DNA of 64,000 nt from Octopus sinensis (GCF_006345805.1 NC_043005.1:22692001-22756000); one strand, 5' to 3'. Counted from the stretch's first letter, positions 46,980 to 59,390 are shown. Notes: generated by a model not told the origin, from the sequence alone. A program made the numbers and translations.

Positions 46980-48130
46980 AACATGCCAGTCTGAAACCTG
47001 CAAGTGAACGTTAACAAGACATCTTAGACCGCCTTCTTTTGCTGCTCATTTCTTTATAATGTCTTGAGAATATTGACACTTTTTTCTTTTAACCTGTAGA
47101 AAAGAAACAATGATATATTGAAAGAAACCTCAAATGCGGAGCATAACTGTAAAACAAAATATAAAACTATAAAACACAGAGCCAGAAATACGGTAAAAAA
47201 ATCTGTGAAAAATATTTGACAATACTTTAATGGAGTTAAGAATGCAGAGAACGAAATTTACTTGGACTGCGAACTAAAGAAGATAGCATCTTTCCTCAAA
47301 TGAAAATTTTAGCAGCATGGATTAGCAATGAAGTGCAAATATCAAACTTGCCTACTACCTACACTACAATTTTTACAAATGCCTTGTCCATGTTTTCAAT
47401 TTTAAATGACAAAAAAGAAAATTGTAAAGGAAATTTGCTGCAACCTGGATAGTTAGAACACTGTAGACTTGCTGCAAACAGTGGCTGGTTAAAGTACTAT
47501 AAGAAGCAAGCAGGTTGGCATAAAATAATGTTACATTGTGAAGTGTGTAGCGCAGATGATGAAGTGGCAAATTCTTTACCCTAAAAATTAGAATAAATTA
47601 TTGAAGAAGAGAAATTACATGCCAGCTGATATTGTCAACATGGATGCGACAATTTTTGGAAAAGATTACACATAAGGAGCTACATTGAGAAGAATTATCA
47701 TTGCCTGGGTTTTAAATTATGAAGGATCGCTTTTCTTTAGTATTTGGTGGCAATGCAAGTGAGGACCACAAACTCAAACACTGCTTGTTTATAGGGGAGA
47801 AAATCCAAAAGCCCTAAAAATATCACGAAAGGTAATCCTCCAGTCACATGGAAATCCAATGAAAAGGTCTGGATTACAAATTCACTTTTTAGATATCTGT
47901 TTTTCATTGAGGAAAAATAAATCTCCCAAAAGTGAAGCCGAATTTCTTGGGATAAAACAAACTTGTGAGAACAAAAAACAAATTCCATTTTCGACATTAT
48001 ACCAGAGAACACTCATCGTCCAAATGTTCTTTTGTTTTTTATTGATTTCGCTGCAAACACAACGTCACCTCTTCAGCCTATGAACCAGAGGATTACTTCA
48101 ACTTTTAAGACATATTATTTAGGAAAATTC
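46980..48130 (+). mobile_element. Tigger/pogo transposase relic
   Basis: ADDEVA...IIEEE...VNMDAT..FWKR...GFK.MKDRFSLVFGGNASEDHKLK...ENPKALKNITKG.PPVTWKSNEKVWIT. Confidence 0.85.
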
Positions 48131-48324
48131 ATTTGAAATTCTTATTAAACCCACCGATTACGGAAGAGGGCCTACTTTCGGAAACGTTTTATTGTTTTAA
48201 ATACAATCGGACTACAATCTGAGGCTACACCATATGTGGGTGCGAAACCATTGGTCGTTCTATGACCAGACATTAACTTTATTACTTTAACACTTTACTG
48301 CTTATACTTATACTTATACTTATA

Positions 48325-48857
48325 CCTCCTGGCATGTATGTATAATTATGCCCTCTATATATAAATTAATATGTTCAATAAGAAATAATTATTTTCGAAA
48401 TTTTTTCTCTTATGAGGTTTTTACGCTATCTACCTGACAATTTCTTGTTAAGTTTTCCTTATTAAGTAGTTGTCCTTAATTGCAAAATTTTTATTCCGAA
48501 AAAACTTTTCCTCTCCCGAAATGCAATTTTGTAAAAGTTTGCCATTCACCCGGATGTAATATATATAAACTCACCCATGTGCTTCGTTGATGTTGATCAG
48601 TTAGCTGTTCGGCTTAAGCGAGGCAGGGTCGTTGTTTATTTATAATACATTCAGGCCTGCTGATGATTACGTAAGTATGAAATCACTGTGATACAGGCCT
48701 ATATATTTTTAAATGTCTTACTTTGAAAAATTGCATTCGGTGGGATTAGTAATATTTTTGGTAGAAATGACTGATTGTCCCTCTTAGCGTTTGGCAGGTA
48801 TATATAATGCCTCCTGGCATGTATGTATAATTATGCCCTCTATATATAAATTAATAT
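48325..48857 (+). mobile_element. ORF-less 485-bp hammerhead-bearing unit bounded by 48-bp perfect direct repeats (retrozyme candidate)
   Basis: CCTCCTGGCATG...AAATTAATAT at 48325-48372 and 48810-48857, with an internal hammerhead. Confidence 0.6.
48653..48700 (+). ncRNA. Type I hammerhead ribozyme
   Basis: AGGCCTG CTGATGA TTAC-GTAA-GTAT GAAA TCAC-T-GTGA TA CAGGCCT. Stem I has 7 perfect bp, loop II is GNRA, 10.1/11.1 is U-U, stem III is quasi-palindromic (ATCAC-T-GTGAT) and the triplet is ATA (48691-48693). Confidence 0.85.
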
Positions 48858-48871
48858 ATATATATATATAT

Positions 48872-50286
48872 ATTTGCTCTCTCTCGTCGTCCACGATAAT
48901 CCAGCGTTTGCAATACTTTTTTCGTCTGGCGTTAACAGCCCTTCTTATCTTGTTCTCCTTGTCCTGTCTCTCACTGTTATATATTTATTTTTCCACTGTT
49001 TATATATATATTTTTTACTGTTTATATGTTTGTACTGTCGTTACCGTCTTGTTTTTTTTTTACCCCTCTGCGAAAAGATCTCAGGATTTTAATTGATTTG
49101 CTTTTCGCGGGAAGGAATTTTTCTTCGAAGTATACGTCTCGCTTTTATCCTTCGAAACGTTTAGTAGATGAAATCTTAGCGACTGAAGAAGGGGTTTTTT
49201 CGTTGTGCTTATTGTCCTGTATCTCTCTCCTTTTTTTTTTGCTTGTCTTGTTCCTTGGTTTGTGTCTATGTGTTTCGTCTCTCTATGTGTTCGACGTCTT
49301 TTTGGTGTCCTGTACACATATATGCGTGTATATGTACATGTAGAGGTAGGTACGTACATATATGTTTATATATATGCATATGTTCTATTTTATTAACATA
49401 TTATACGACTAAACGCACGCACCCTATTAAGTAAGATTGTTCTGTTTATCAAGTTAGCCTTGATATTAACTCTCACGCGACTCTGCATCTTTCTTTCTTT
49501 CTCTCCCATTCCCTTTTTCGTCTTTTTTTCCCTCACTTAACTTGTCTCTTCCCCTCTCTCTCATTCTTCATTCTCTCTCTCTCATTCTTCATTCTCTCTC
49601 TCCCTTTCACCATTCTTCATGGTCTCCTCGCACCATTCCCCTTCTTCTCTCTCTTCCTCCTGCTCCTCCTCCCCCATTCCCGTCGTCCATCTGCGACGAT
49701 ACTTCCGTCGTAACTGCTATCCTGTCTTTTCTCGCCCGCCTTGTAAGGCTACTGGTCGACTACATTTGCTCTCTCTCGTCGTCCACGATAATCCAGCGTT
49801 TGCAATACTTTTTTCGTCTGGCGTTAACAGCCCTTCTTATCTTGTTCTCCTTGTCCTGTCTCTCACTGTTATATATTTATTTTTCCACTGTTTATATATA
49901 TATTTTTTACTGTTTATATGTTTGTACTGTCGTTACCGTCTTGTTTTTTTTACCCTCTGCGAAAAGATCTCAGAATTTTAATTGATTTGCTTTTCGCGGG
50001 AAGGAATTTTTCTTCGAAGTATACGTCTCGCTTTTATCCTTCGAAACGTTAGTAGATGAAATCTTAGCGACTGAAGAAGGGGTTTTTTCGTTGTGCTTAT
50101 TGTCCTGTATCTCTCTCCTTTTTTTTTTTTTGCTTGTCTTGTTCCTTGGTTTGTGTCTATGTGTTTCGTCTCTCTATGTGTTCGACGTCTTTTTGGTGTC
50201 CTGTACACATATATGCGTGTATATGTACATGTTGAGGTAGGTACGTACATATATGTTTATATATATATGCATATGTTCTATTTTAT

Positions 50287-50294
<8 letters not shown>
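48872..50294. mobile_element. Non-coding ~890-bp element in partial tandem (1.6 units), bounded by (TA)n
   Basis: 48872-~49400 is nearly identical to 49764-~50294; period 892 bp. Confidence 0.7.
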
Positions 50295-50328
<34 letters not shown>

Positions 50329-50730
50329 ACACCTTCAACTCAATCAACACTAAAAGATTTTATACCCGACCACTTCATGAAATGTTAAATATTAAATCTT
50401 ATACTAACTATATCTATTCTGAATCCCGTATTTTCCGTTTATAAGACTGCACGTGTTTCATGAAAGTACGTCGGTATTGATTAGATACGAGGTATCTAGC
50501 TCAATGACAGGACGAACGAAAAATTACATGCAAACATAGGATATATTGTTTAATTATTAAGATGAGTTAAGATTAGATTCTCTATTATATAAATTAAACC
50601 TTATTTATAAAGTATGAAAACTCAGTCATGTTTTTTAGATATAGTTATAATTATAGTTATATACTACCCGTTATCACTAGAAAGTAGCATTTAGTCATAC
50701 AAAAATATATAATATCAATTGGTTAATCTA

Positions 50731-50774
50731 AGGATGTAACTCAGGTATCACCACTGATACCTGAGTTACATCCT
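50731..50774. repeat. Perfect 20-bp-arm hairpin at the 3' boundary of the Tx1-like LINE
   Basis: AGGATGTAACTCAGGTATCA-CCAC-TGATACCTGAGTTACATCCT. Confidence 0.95.
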
Positions 50775-53090
50775 GTGTCGCACTCATGAGGTTCCATCCA
50801 CACGCAACATCCGTGCTACATTCTTCCATCAATTTTCAAACACCTTCACAGTCAGGCATTTTCTCTCTAGCCCTATTTTCCTTTTAAGGTGAAAGGTGAA
50901 GTAATTCACCAATTCAGGGCCAGAGATGAAATTGCCTGACTCTAACCCTTTCAGCCTCGTTTTCCAAATTACCTCTCTCGCAATTGCTACTACAATGAGA
51001 AAACAATTCTTACCTTCTTTCGAAAGGAAATCAGGCGGGTCAATTTTTACTATAGACTCAGTCGACAGCTGTACTCTTCGTGCACTTGACAACAGTTGTT
51101 CAGCATAAACCCATACATCTGACACCTCCGAACATTGAACAATAGCATGCGGGACGGTTTCCCTATCCCGCTCGCATTTTGGACAGGTCGAAGGGCCGTG
51201 GCCACCATGCCTTGTGAGCTTGTCCCGAACAGGTAAGGCTCTTCTGTAACACTACCATGCCAGAGACTTCTGAAAGTTGTCCAGGGTTTTAGGCCCGAAT
51301 GTACGTTGGGACATACTGGTCAGCTGATTATCGTCGAGACTTAGGGTTTCCTCCAAGGTATCGTCACATTCCGCCTCTACCAGCCCTCTATAAAAGAATG
51401 TGGTGGAACCTCTACCGCAGGCATTGCCCGAGCGACGGAATAGCAGGAGAGCCTTGCAGCACTCCGTAAACCATGTACCCAACTTCGATCTTCGATAGAA
51501 CCAGGATTCCCGTCCACTGAAACTAGTGAATCTAGCCCACCCTTTAACGGTTGTTGGCAGCAAGTAGAGCGTTTCACAAGCGGTTTCGAGCCCGTCTACA
51601 AAAAGTGGAAGAGCTATCTTTCCAGCTTGTTCAACCACGAATCAGGGCAAGGAATGACGGTTAGGCGGTAGGTGATGACCGATACGATGAACACATTGGC
51701 TACTTCCGCCCTCCTTTTCAGGGATAGCCACCGCCAAGACCAGGTCTTGACTATGTGAGTCACCCTGCCCGATACCTCGGCCCAGTTCTTCTCTATTTGG
51801 AGGTCTGGTCCAAACCAAACTCCTAGCAACTTAATCGGACCCTCCGTCCAACGTACCACGACGCTGTCAGGAGGCATCGACTTGCCTCTCCAGGTGCCGA
51901 GCTGCAAGCCGACTGACTTTTCACGATTAACTTTTGCTCCTGCCACCGTCTCGTAGACCTTAATGGCCTTGCCTACCCTCTGTAGGTGATCCATTTCGGT
52001 TACGATGAGGGTGATGTCGTCCGCGTAACCTGAAACCGACTTTCCACAACCTGGCTGTCTCGGGATGCCACTCAATTTTCGCAGTAATGGCTCAAGAGCC
52101 ATCACGTACAAAAGCCGGGGAAGCGGACACCTTTGAAGAACCGAGCGTTTGATGCTGAACGGCCTTGATAAGAAGTCGTTCACCCGAACTACCGAGTCGA
52201 CGTTGTCATAAATCTGAATGATCCACCTGAGGAAGCCAAGACCCAGGTCGAACTGTGCCAGAACGGACACCAGGTAGCGATGATCAACCCTATCAAATGC
52301 CTTAGATTGGTCTAAATGGACTAGTGCCCCACCCATGCCAGAATCACTATTAAACCCCTCTAAAGTGTACCGCATAAGATGGAGATTGTCCTGGATGGTT
52401 CTGCCGAGAACGGCACATGTCTGTGCCTCCCCGATCAAACCATCTGCGAAACGCGCCAATCTTTTTGATAACACGTAGGGCAAAATCTTCAACTCTGCGT
52501 TTAGCAGAGTGATGGGCCGAAAATTATCAACGGAATCCCCCTTGTCCGGGTCCTTTCTGACAAGCGTTACCACTCCCTGGCGCACAGATCTGAGAATAAA
52601 CCCGTTCTGCTGCCAGTTCGCGTAGACATTCACCAGCAGGTGCCCGAACAAGTCTGGCATACTCTTATACAACTCATAGGGTAGACCATCCAGTCCCGGC
52701 GCCCTACCCGCGCTGCAGTCTGCCCTAGCCTCAATTACCTCCCCAGGCGTGATCGGCCCTTCACAGCACTCTACCTCCCGCCCCAATAGGCCCGAAAGCC
52801 CGGCGAGGAAGTCCGTTAGGTCCCTCCTACTATCCGGTCCGCCGCCCCCACCGAAAACCTGGGCGAAGTGCTCCTGAAAAGCCTCACACATCTCCTCGGG
52901 TTCGTCTATCAACTTACCTTGCTGGTTCGTCAAAGATCGGATTGTGGCATCATTACCACGTTGGGCTTCCACCACTCGGGCTCATCCTGGGCCTTGATTC
53001 CCTCACAAACCACTGCACGAAGCCTAGCCCTGACAATGCAACCCATGTGTTTGGCCTCAATGTGCTGCTTCAGACACAGGTGAGTATGAG
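50775..53090 (-). mobile_element. Tx1/L1-clade LINE, 5'-truncated (RT and C-terminal domain)
   Basis: 453-aa ORF with RT motifs followed by frameshifted C-terminal ORFs (51252-51638, 50829-51125). Confidence 0.92.
51614..52975 (-). CDS. Non-LTR reverse transcriptase domain (Tx1/L1 ORF2 fragment, probably a pseudogene)
   Basis: APGLDGLPYELY, NFRPITLLNAELKIL, LDQSKAFDRVDH, SVLQRCPL, GYADDIT, KVNREKS, KLLGVWF. Confidence 0.85.
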   Translation of the reverse strand: MVEAQRGNDATIRSLTNQQGKLIDEPEEMCEAFQEHFAQVFGGGGGPDSRRDLTDFLAGLSGLLGREVECCEGPITPGEVIEARADCSAGRAPGLDGLPYELYKSMPDLFGHLLVNVYANWQQNGFILRSVRQGVVTLVRKDPDKGDSVDNFRPITLLNAELKILPYVLSKRLARFADGLIGEAQTCAVLGRTIQDNLHLMRYTLEGFNSDSGMGGALVHLDQSKAFDRVDHRYLVSVLAQFDLGLGFLRWIIQIYDNVDSVVRVNDFLSRPFSIKRSVLQRCPLPRLLYVMALEPLLRKLSGIPRQPGCGKSVSGYADDITLIVTEMDHLQRVGKAIKVYETVAGAKVNREKSVGLQLGTWRGKSMPPDSVVVRWTEGPIKLLGVWFGPDLQIEKNWAEVSGRVTHIVKTWSWRWLSLKRRAEVANVFIVSVITYRLTVIPCPDSWLNKLER

Positions 53091-53559
53091 AATGGGGCAA
53101 GCATTGAAGTTTGCATTTTTTTTCCACAAAATTGATTTAAAAAGCCACAATAATTCCCCTGTGGAGGGGGGGATTTCAACATGTAGCTTCCAAAGAAAAA
53201 AAACAACAGTTCTTTTCAACAAAACAGAAACAATAATTCACCACAGTACTTCAACCAAACAAAACACAGGAAAAAAAGTGAAACGTACCAACAACAGGAG
53301 GGAGTGCCTAAAGAAGTAACTTACTAGACTGGTTGTTTGCGATAATACATAGATTGAATAAATTAAACGATAAAAGTGGCTTTTTCCCATGATGCATTCA
53401 TTTCCGGTTTCCCTGACAGTACTATATAAAGGAAAAAATACAGAAGTTGAACTTTCTGACATTTATTTGTCTTTAATTCCGTATTCTTTTTCCTCAGTTG
53501 CGCGTCAATATTTTCACTTGCTACCCAATTATTACGTGAGATCGTTTCTGTCTGTGTTT

Positions 53560-56500
53560 TTTGTTATTGTGTATTAACTTGAACTGTTGTCTTTTGACAA
53601 ACAGTAATTTTCGCCCTACGGGGCAGAACATTTCTGAATTTCTGTAAAAAATGTTCTCTTGTCATTTGTGACAAGGTTTTTCTTGTCTTTTGAGACAAGT
53701 GCTACCTTATGAAGTACGACCTCGCGTCCAAGAATGATTTTCCCGAGATGGGAGGAAGTAATAACAACAACGGAAATAAAAAGGAAAACCAGGAAAAACA
53801 AAGTTTTTCTGTCGCCGTAGGTGGCAATGTCGTTGAACTGGAAGTAGCCATGGACAAGCTCTTCCAGTTCAGAAAATTAATTGAAAAAACTGGAGAAGAA
53901 ACCAAGTTAATACCGTCCCAGGAAACTGTTCAAGCAATTCGCGAAAAAAAACTGTCGTTTACAAAGTGTTTAGTATTAAGGAAAAAAGAATCATCGAAGT
54001 AAAAAATGAAGTAGTCGAACGGTGCATTGCTCCGATATGGAACAAGGTATGCTACGTTAGCCGAGGTGTAAGAAGTGCTACAATAGAAGCACATTTCGAG
54101 TCGGCTAACGTAGCAAAGGAAATTTCGACTCAAACGTTGAAGAGCGAAGAGATTATGTTGCTGCCAACGTATTTGGGTCGGCGAACGGCGAAAGTGACGG
54201 TTGAGAACATACCTGTTGGTTACGAAGTCATGTGGGTAGTGACAGCAGTTATATATGACGTCGAAGGGAAAATAACAATCCTGAGCATGAGGAAAAAGGA
54301 ACCGACAAACTGGAGGGGACAAATGCTGGAAATGGTCATACAAGCTGACAACCAAACACTTGAAAATTTTCCCGATAGAGTCTTCGTAGGGGGAGGGGCA
54401 TACAATTCGTGTGTCGGTGGAGAGACGTAGGCCCAGGTGTTTTAAGTGCGGGCAGAAGAGCCACGTTCGCTCTACCTGCACGAAGAAAAAACAGTTGAAG
54501 TCCCTCCCCAAAACGTAGAGAAAAACACAAAGAAACAGGAGAACGTATCACTAACAAGAGAAAATAACGAAAACAAAGCAAAACGAAAAACAGAAGGATG
54601 GAAAGAAACAAAATGAAAAACAGAATGGAGAACAAAAGGAAGAAGGAAAAAAGCAAACAAAAGAAAAAGATCAAACTGATATGGATTACACAACAGTTAC
54701 ATACAAACGCAAAAAAGAAAGCACCCTGGACTTCCCTCCCCAAACAAAAAGAAAAACTACAAACACACGCGAACAACGCCAAAACGTTCCCCAATCCCAC
54801 CCAGCTGGCACTACATTTGTAGAACAGCTTTTCAATAATCCCCCAACGCTAAAACGTTTAAAAAAAATGACAAGATTATCTCGTTTAATGTTAAAAATGA
54901 AAAGGTGTTACGCTTAATTAAAGCAAACAACCGTATTAGATTTTTTAAAGTGACTGACAAAGAGTCTGACACACGTTACACCAAAGTCGGAGAGGAGGAG
55001 TGGAAAGGAAAACTCCTCCAAGAATATGTGGAAAAAACCTTATTAAAGATGTAACCCAGGAGGTGATAGCTGGGAAGCTGATTATCAGCCCGGCAGCCAC
55101 TCTAACATAGACCTGGTGGCAACGCCGGTGAAAAACCCAGCAGCTACGGGGAGTGCGAGGGAAGCAGATAGACATAGACTGCCATGCTCCCTCTCACAAC
55201 CGTGAGTAATCTATTTTTCTTTCTTTGATGATTAAGTTAGATTGTTTAAATGTGCGTGGAATGGGGTCGAGATGGAAACAGGCTTGTTTCCTGAACGACC
55301 TCACGACACATAGAATAGATGTGGCTATTGTAACCGAGTCCAAGATGAGTGGACCTCAAGCGTTCTCGCCTCTTCTGAGTGGTTACGAGAAATTTATTTC
55401 TCCTAGCCGAGGAGGAGGTGCAGGCGTGGAAGTCCTCATCAGGAAGAACTTGGATTTACAGATAAGTACTGTCTTTCTGGACCCAGAAGGCAGGCTGGTT
55501 GTACTAGATGTGACTCATGCGAGTAAGCAGTCCTTCAGGCTGGTAGCTGTCTACGATCCTAAGGAGAGTAGGCAGTCTGGTTTTTACCGGGACCTGGAGC
55601 ACTTTCTAGTGACATCTAAAACGTTAGTTTTGGTAGGAGACTTCAACACTATCCTCAATGCGCGGGTCGATAGTGTAGGCTCAACTGATAGGAACGGGAA
55701 TCCTTGCCTCAAAGGTCTACTAGGGAGCTATAATCTAGTAGACCGTTACCGACTGGATGAGCCGAACGTTCCACAGTGGACGTGGAGTAACAACGACGAC
55801 TCCCGCAGATCGTACCGAGATAGGGTATTTATTAAGGAAAGAGATAAGAATAGTGTTAGTTGTCCACAATTTTGTATTGTGCCTTAGACGAATCACAAAC
55901 TTGTGACGTGTGCGGTACATGTAGATAAATGTCATAGACAGGGACCCGGGTATTGGAAAATGAACAATTCTATTTTGACTTGTGAAGCTTTCCGTACCCG
56001 TATTAAGGTGTTAGTTCAGAGGGCATTATGTGGCACCATCATTAACAATAGATGGTGGCACGCCCTCAAAAGAGCCATCCGTTTAGAGTCCATTAGATTT
56101 AGCAAGCAACTAAGTTTAGATAGGACTAGAAAAGAGGGCGATTTAGTTAAGAACTTAGATGAGGCAATGGAATCTGGCTCTGCATCTAGAATGTTGGCAG
56201 CGAGAACAGTCTTGTACCGTCACCTCAACGCCAAACAGGAAGGTTGCAGAGTTAGAGCTAAGCTACGTGCAAGGAAACGAGAAGGTATTAATGTTGCCAG
56301 ATGGGCACGTCGTGTGGAGAGTCAGAGAGGTAAAAAGTCCTCTATAAAGTCTTTAACGGACGAACGGGGACGCAAGATATATAGACAGGAGGAGATGCAA
56401 AACGTCTTTCACCAGCATTTCGCTCGGTTGTTCGGGGAGAGTGGTCCGCTTGGGCGAGGGGAATCCTTAAAGGACTTCCTAGCCGGTGGGCCACGACTTT

Positions 56501-56695
56501 CGGCACGTGAGGCTGAATGCTGTGAAGGAACGATCACTCCCGTGGAGGTAAGAGAGGTGTTGGTCGAGTGCGCCGGGGAAAAGTCACCGGGGCTAGATGG
56601 TCTGCCCTATGAGTTTTATCGTTATTTGCCGGACTTGTTCGGGGAGATACTGGCAGGTGTCTATGCAAACTGGCAACAGAATGGGAGGATAAACG
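53560..56695 (+). mobile_element. Tx1/L1-clade LINE, 3'-truncated (ORF1 + APE endonuclease + start of RT)
   Basis: Frameshifted ORF1 at 53709-54600 with a CCHC knuckle CFKCGQKSHVRSTC (54438-54479). ORF2 starts at 55225 and breaks off at WQQNGR. Confidence 0.92.
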
Positions 56696-56718
56696 AAATG
56701 CTCATTTGTTTTGGTTAA
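55225..56718 (+). pseudogene. LINE ORF2 N-terminal half: apurinic-type endonuclease and linker, with an in-frame stop at 55885
   Basis: LNVRG, IVTESK, LVAVYDP, LVGDFNTIL, LVDRYR, SYRDRVFI, *TNHKLV, GPGYWKMNNSIL, KSPGLDGLPYEFY. Confidence 0.88.
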
Positions 56719-56914
56719 TAATCACAATTTATAACTTAGGCACAAGTTCACAAATTTAAGGAAAGGAACAGTCGAATAAACTAATCTCCATTATTAGACA
56801 TGTTTAATCTACCTGAATGTGATGCAAACTCAATGTTAAAGAATTTACTTAAAAACTCGTGAAGAATTTTTGCGTCCAACACTTTACTAATTCTACCAAC
56901 CTCCATCATCAAAC

Positions 56915-57295
56915 TAAGTCTGAAATTTAGGGGAATTGAGTCAATCATTTAGATCAACCCCAGTATTTGATTGTTTCTTTATTTTATCGACATAGAAAGG
57001 ATGAAAATCAAAATTAACCTCAGAACGTAAAGAGTCAGAACAAATGCCACGAAGCATTTTTTTCTCCGGCGCTCAAACAATTCTACCAGGTCGCCGCATA
57101 ATTGATAATGGTTTCAAACAATGACGCAAGGTCAGCAATTTTCAAAATAGGGGTTAGTTCCAGTACTTGATTAATATCTAATATTATCGCCGAACATGGA
57201 AGAATTTGTACTCAGAAGGTAAAAAAGCCAGGAGAAATGCTGCTAACCATTTTTTATATATATCCAACGTGCTAACGCTTCTGCCAGCTCGCTGC
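56915..57295 (-). mobile_element. Two SINE family A copies
   Basis: Reverse-complement heads (GCTAACGCTTCTGCCAGCTCGCTGC at ~57270) and bodies. Confidence 0.7.
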
Positions 57296-57944
57296 TATAA
57301 ACAACAACAACAACAACAACAATGATTTCTAAAAGAAGCACAAGATCTCGAATTTAGAGACAGCCTATAGTTGATAGTGATTAATGTTGTCAGTATAAGT
57401 TGAATTATATTTAAGAGCAACGTCAATACTGAAAATGATAGCATTCTGAATATATGAAGCGAATAACATGCAATAATGTTACAACATAAATATAGAAGTA
57501 GGATATAATACGTAACTTCTTCTCTAATGTTTAAATAAACCTTTAAACATTTCGGTAAAAAGAAAAAGGTCTAGCATTGAATATTCGAAGGTAGAGTAGT
57601 TGAAGGAAGAGTTGTTACTGACAACCTAAAATTAATTTTCCCTTCTTACCAATTTCTATCCCACTTCTAACTGAATTTAAAGAATTCTTTAAATATTAAT
57701 GCTAAAATTGAATCATTATAATGCCAGACAAAATTGTTTGCTGTCCTTCACGTTCTATGTTCAAACTTTGTTTTTTTATCCTTTCTAGAGTTACATTCCA
57801 CAAGAGGATAATTGTATTGCTTGTCTTCATTCCTAGTTATAAATGTAGATTTATTTCAATATACATACATACATACATACATACATACATACATACATAC
57901 ATACATACATACATACATACATACATACATACATACATAGCTGA

Positions 57945-58116
57945 AGATCGGTGAAAAAGAGAACACCCATGCTGAACTATTGAGAAATCTGCAATTACTC
58001 TATCCAGATTACAAGTTCATGTTTATACCTGTAATTATTGGGGGCCCTGGGATATGTAACATGCTGCCTAAATACCAATCTTGAGAAATTAGGCTTCTCA
58101 AAACCAGAAAGGAGAA
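57945..58116 (+). mobile_element. R4/Dong-like non-LTR element C-terminal fragment
   Basis: EKENTHAELLRNLQLLYPDYKFMFIPVII(GALG)YV...LEKLGF. Confidence 0.6.
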
Positions 58117-58374
58117 GGTTATCTCACCCCAACTGCAATTAAAAAATAGGGTTACATCCCCACTAAAAACTTGGATTATGGCCCATATATAAAAACCATC
58201 ACTTTTTTTCAAGTGGGCTTAATATATGCTTATATGATTAATTTTTCTTGAGATTAATTTACATTTAGAACATGTAAAAAAACTAATATAAATACTAGCT
58301 TCTTAATATTAAACAAACATCGCAATTTTAAAAATAAGTATTCTCTTTTTGAGAAAGCTTTTTCGAAGATAGTT
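58117..58374 (+). mobile_element. Merlin 5' end fragment (inverted relative to 60445-60725)
   Basis: Reverse-complement similarity, e.g. CCCCACTAAAAACT, CCATCACTTTTTTCAAGT, TTTGAGAAAGCTTTTTCGAAGATAGTTC. Confidence 0.7.
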
Positions 58375-58622
58375 CTGTCAGGAAGAGACCTTGGGCAAGT
58401 GTCTTCTAATATAGCCTCGGGCCGACCAAATCCTTGTGAGTGGATTTGGTAGACGGAAACTGAAAGAAGCCCATCGTATATATGTATGTGTGTGTATATG
58501 TTTGTGTGCCTGTGTTTGTACTGCAAGATTGCTTGACAGCCGATGCTGGTGTGTTTACGTCCCCACAACTTAGCACATACACACTCACACACACACATGT
58601 GAATATATGTATATATATATGC

Positions 58623-58664
<42 letters not shown>

Positions 58665-58982
58665 TCCCACTGAGAACAGGTGGGGTCAGCCAGGGTGGCA
58701 CCCCAAGGTCCATGAGTTTAAGCAGCCCACAAGCCCAATGAAGAAAGGAATAAGTGGGTATACCTAAAAAGAATTTAAAAGAAACAAAAGAAATAAATGA
58801 AAGAAGCTTGTTGATGAATTCCCTAGGGAGATAAAAGAAAAAGGAAAGAAATGAAAGAAAATGAAAGTAAGAACAATGTGAACTATGACAACATTTACAA
58901 GAACAACTTCAACAGAAACGACAAGAAAAAGAAGCAATGGTTCTGAAAGGTGTGGGTGTATACTTATACATACGTACATACA

Positions 58983-59016
<34 letters not shown>

Positions 59017-59390
59017 CATACATACATACATATACAGACATATTTACACACACAGGTAGGCATTGGTGATTGACGAGGTTGAAAAGCTGGTCAGTATTTA
59101 ATCTCCCTAGGTAATAAAATCTGGAGACAATATTCTCTCCTTACCAAAAAATAAAAAAACTTAAATCATATCACCATCCTTATAGACAGATACACACACA
59201 AATAAAGATGCATGCATGTATACAAATCTATAAATATATAGCTATATACACGTGTAAATGTATGTATGTATATGTATATATATATTTATATATATATATA
59301 TATATATGTATTATACACACACGCACACACAATAAACATGAAAAGCGAAATGATGAAACGTATTGAATCTTATAATATTTTTATAACACA

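Noticed and set aside
49115-49195. GAAAC...CTGAAGA as a type II hammerhead (likewise 4040-4090)
   Set aside because: Stem II register and stem I do not close.
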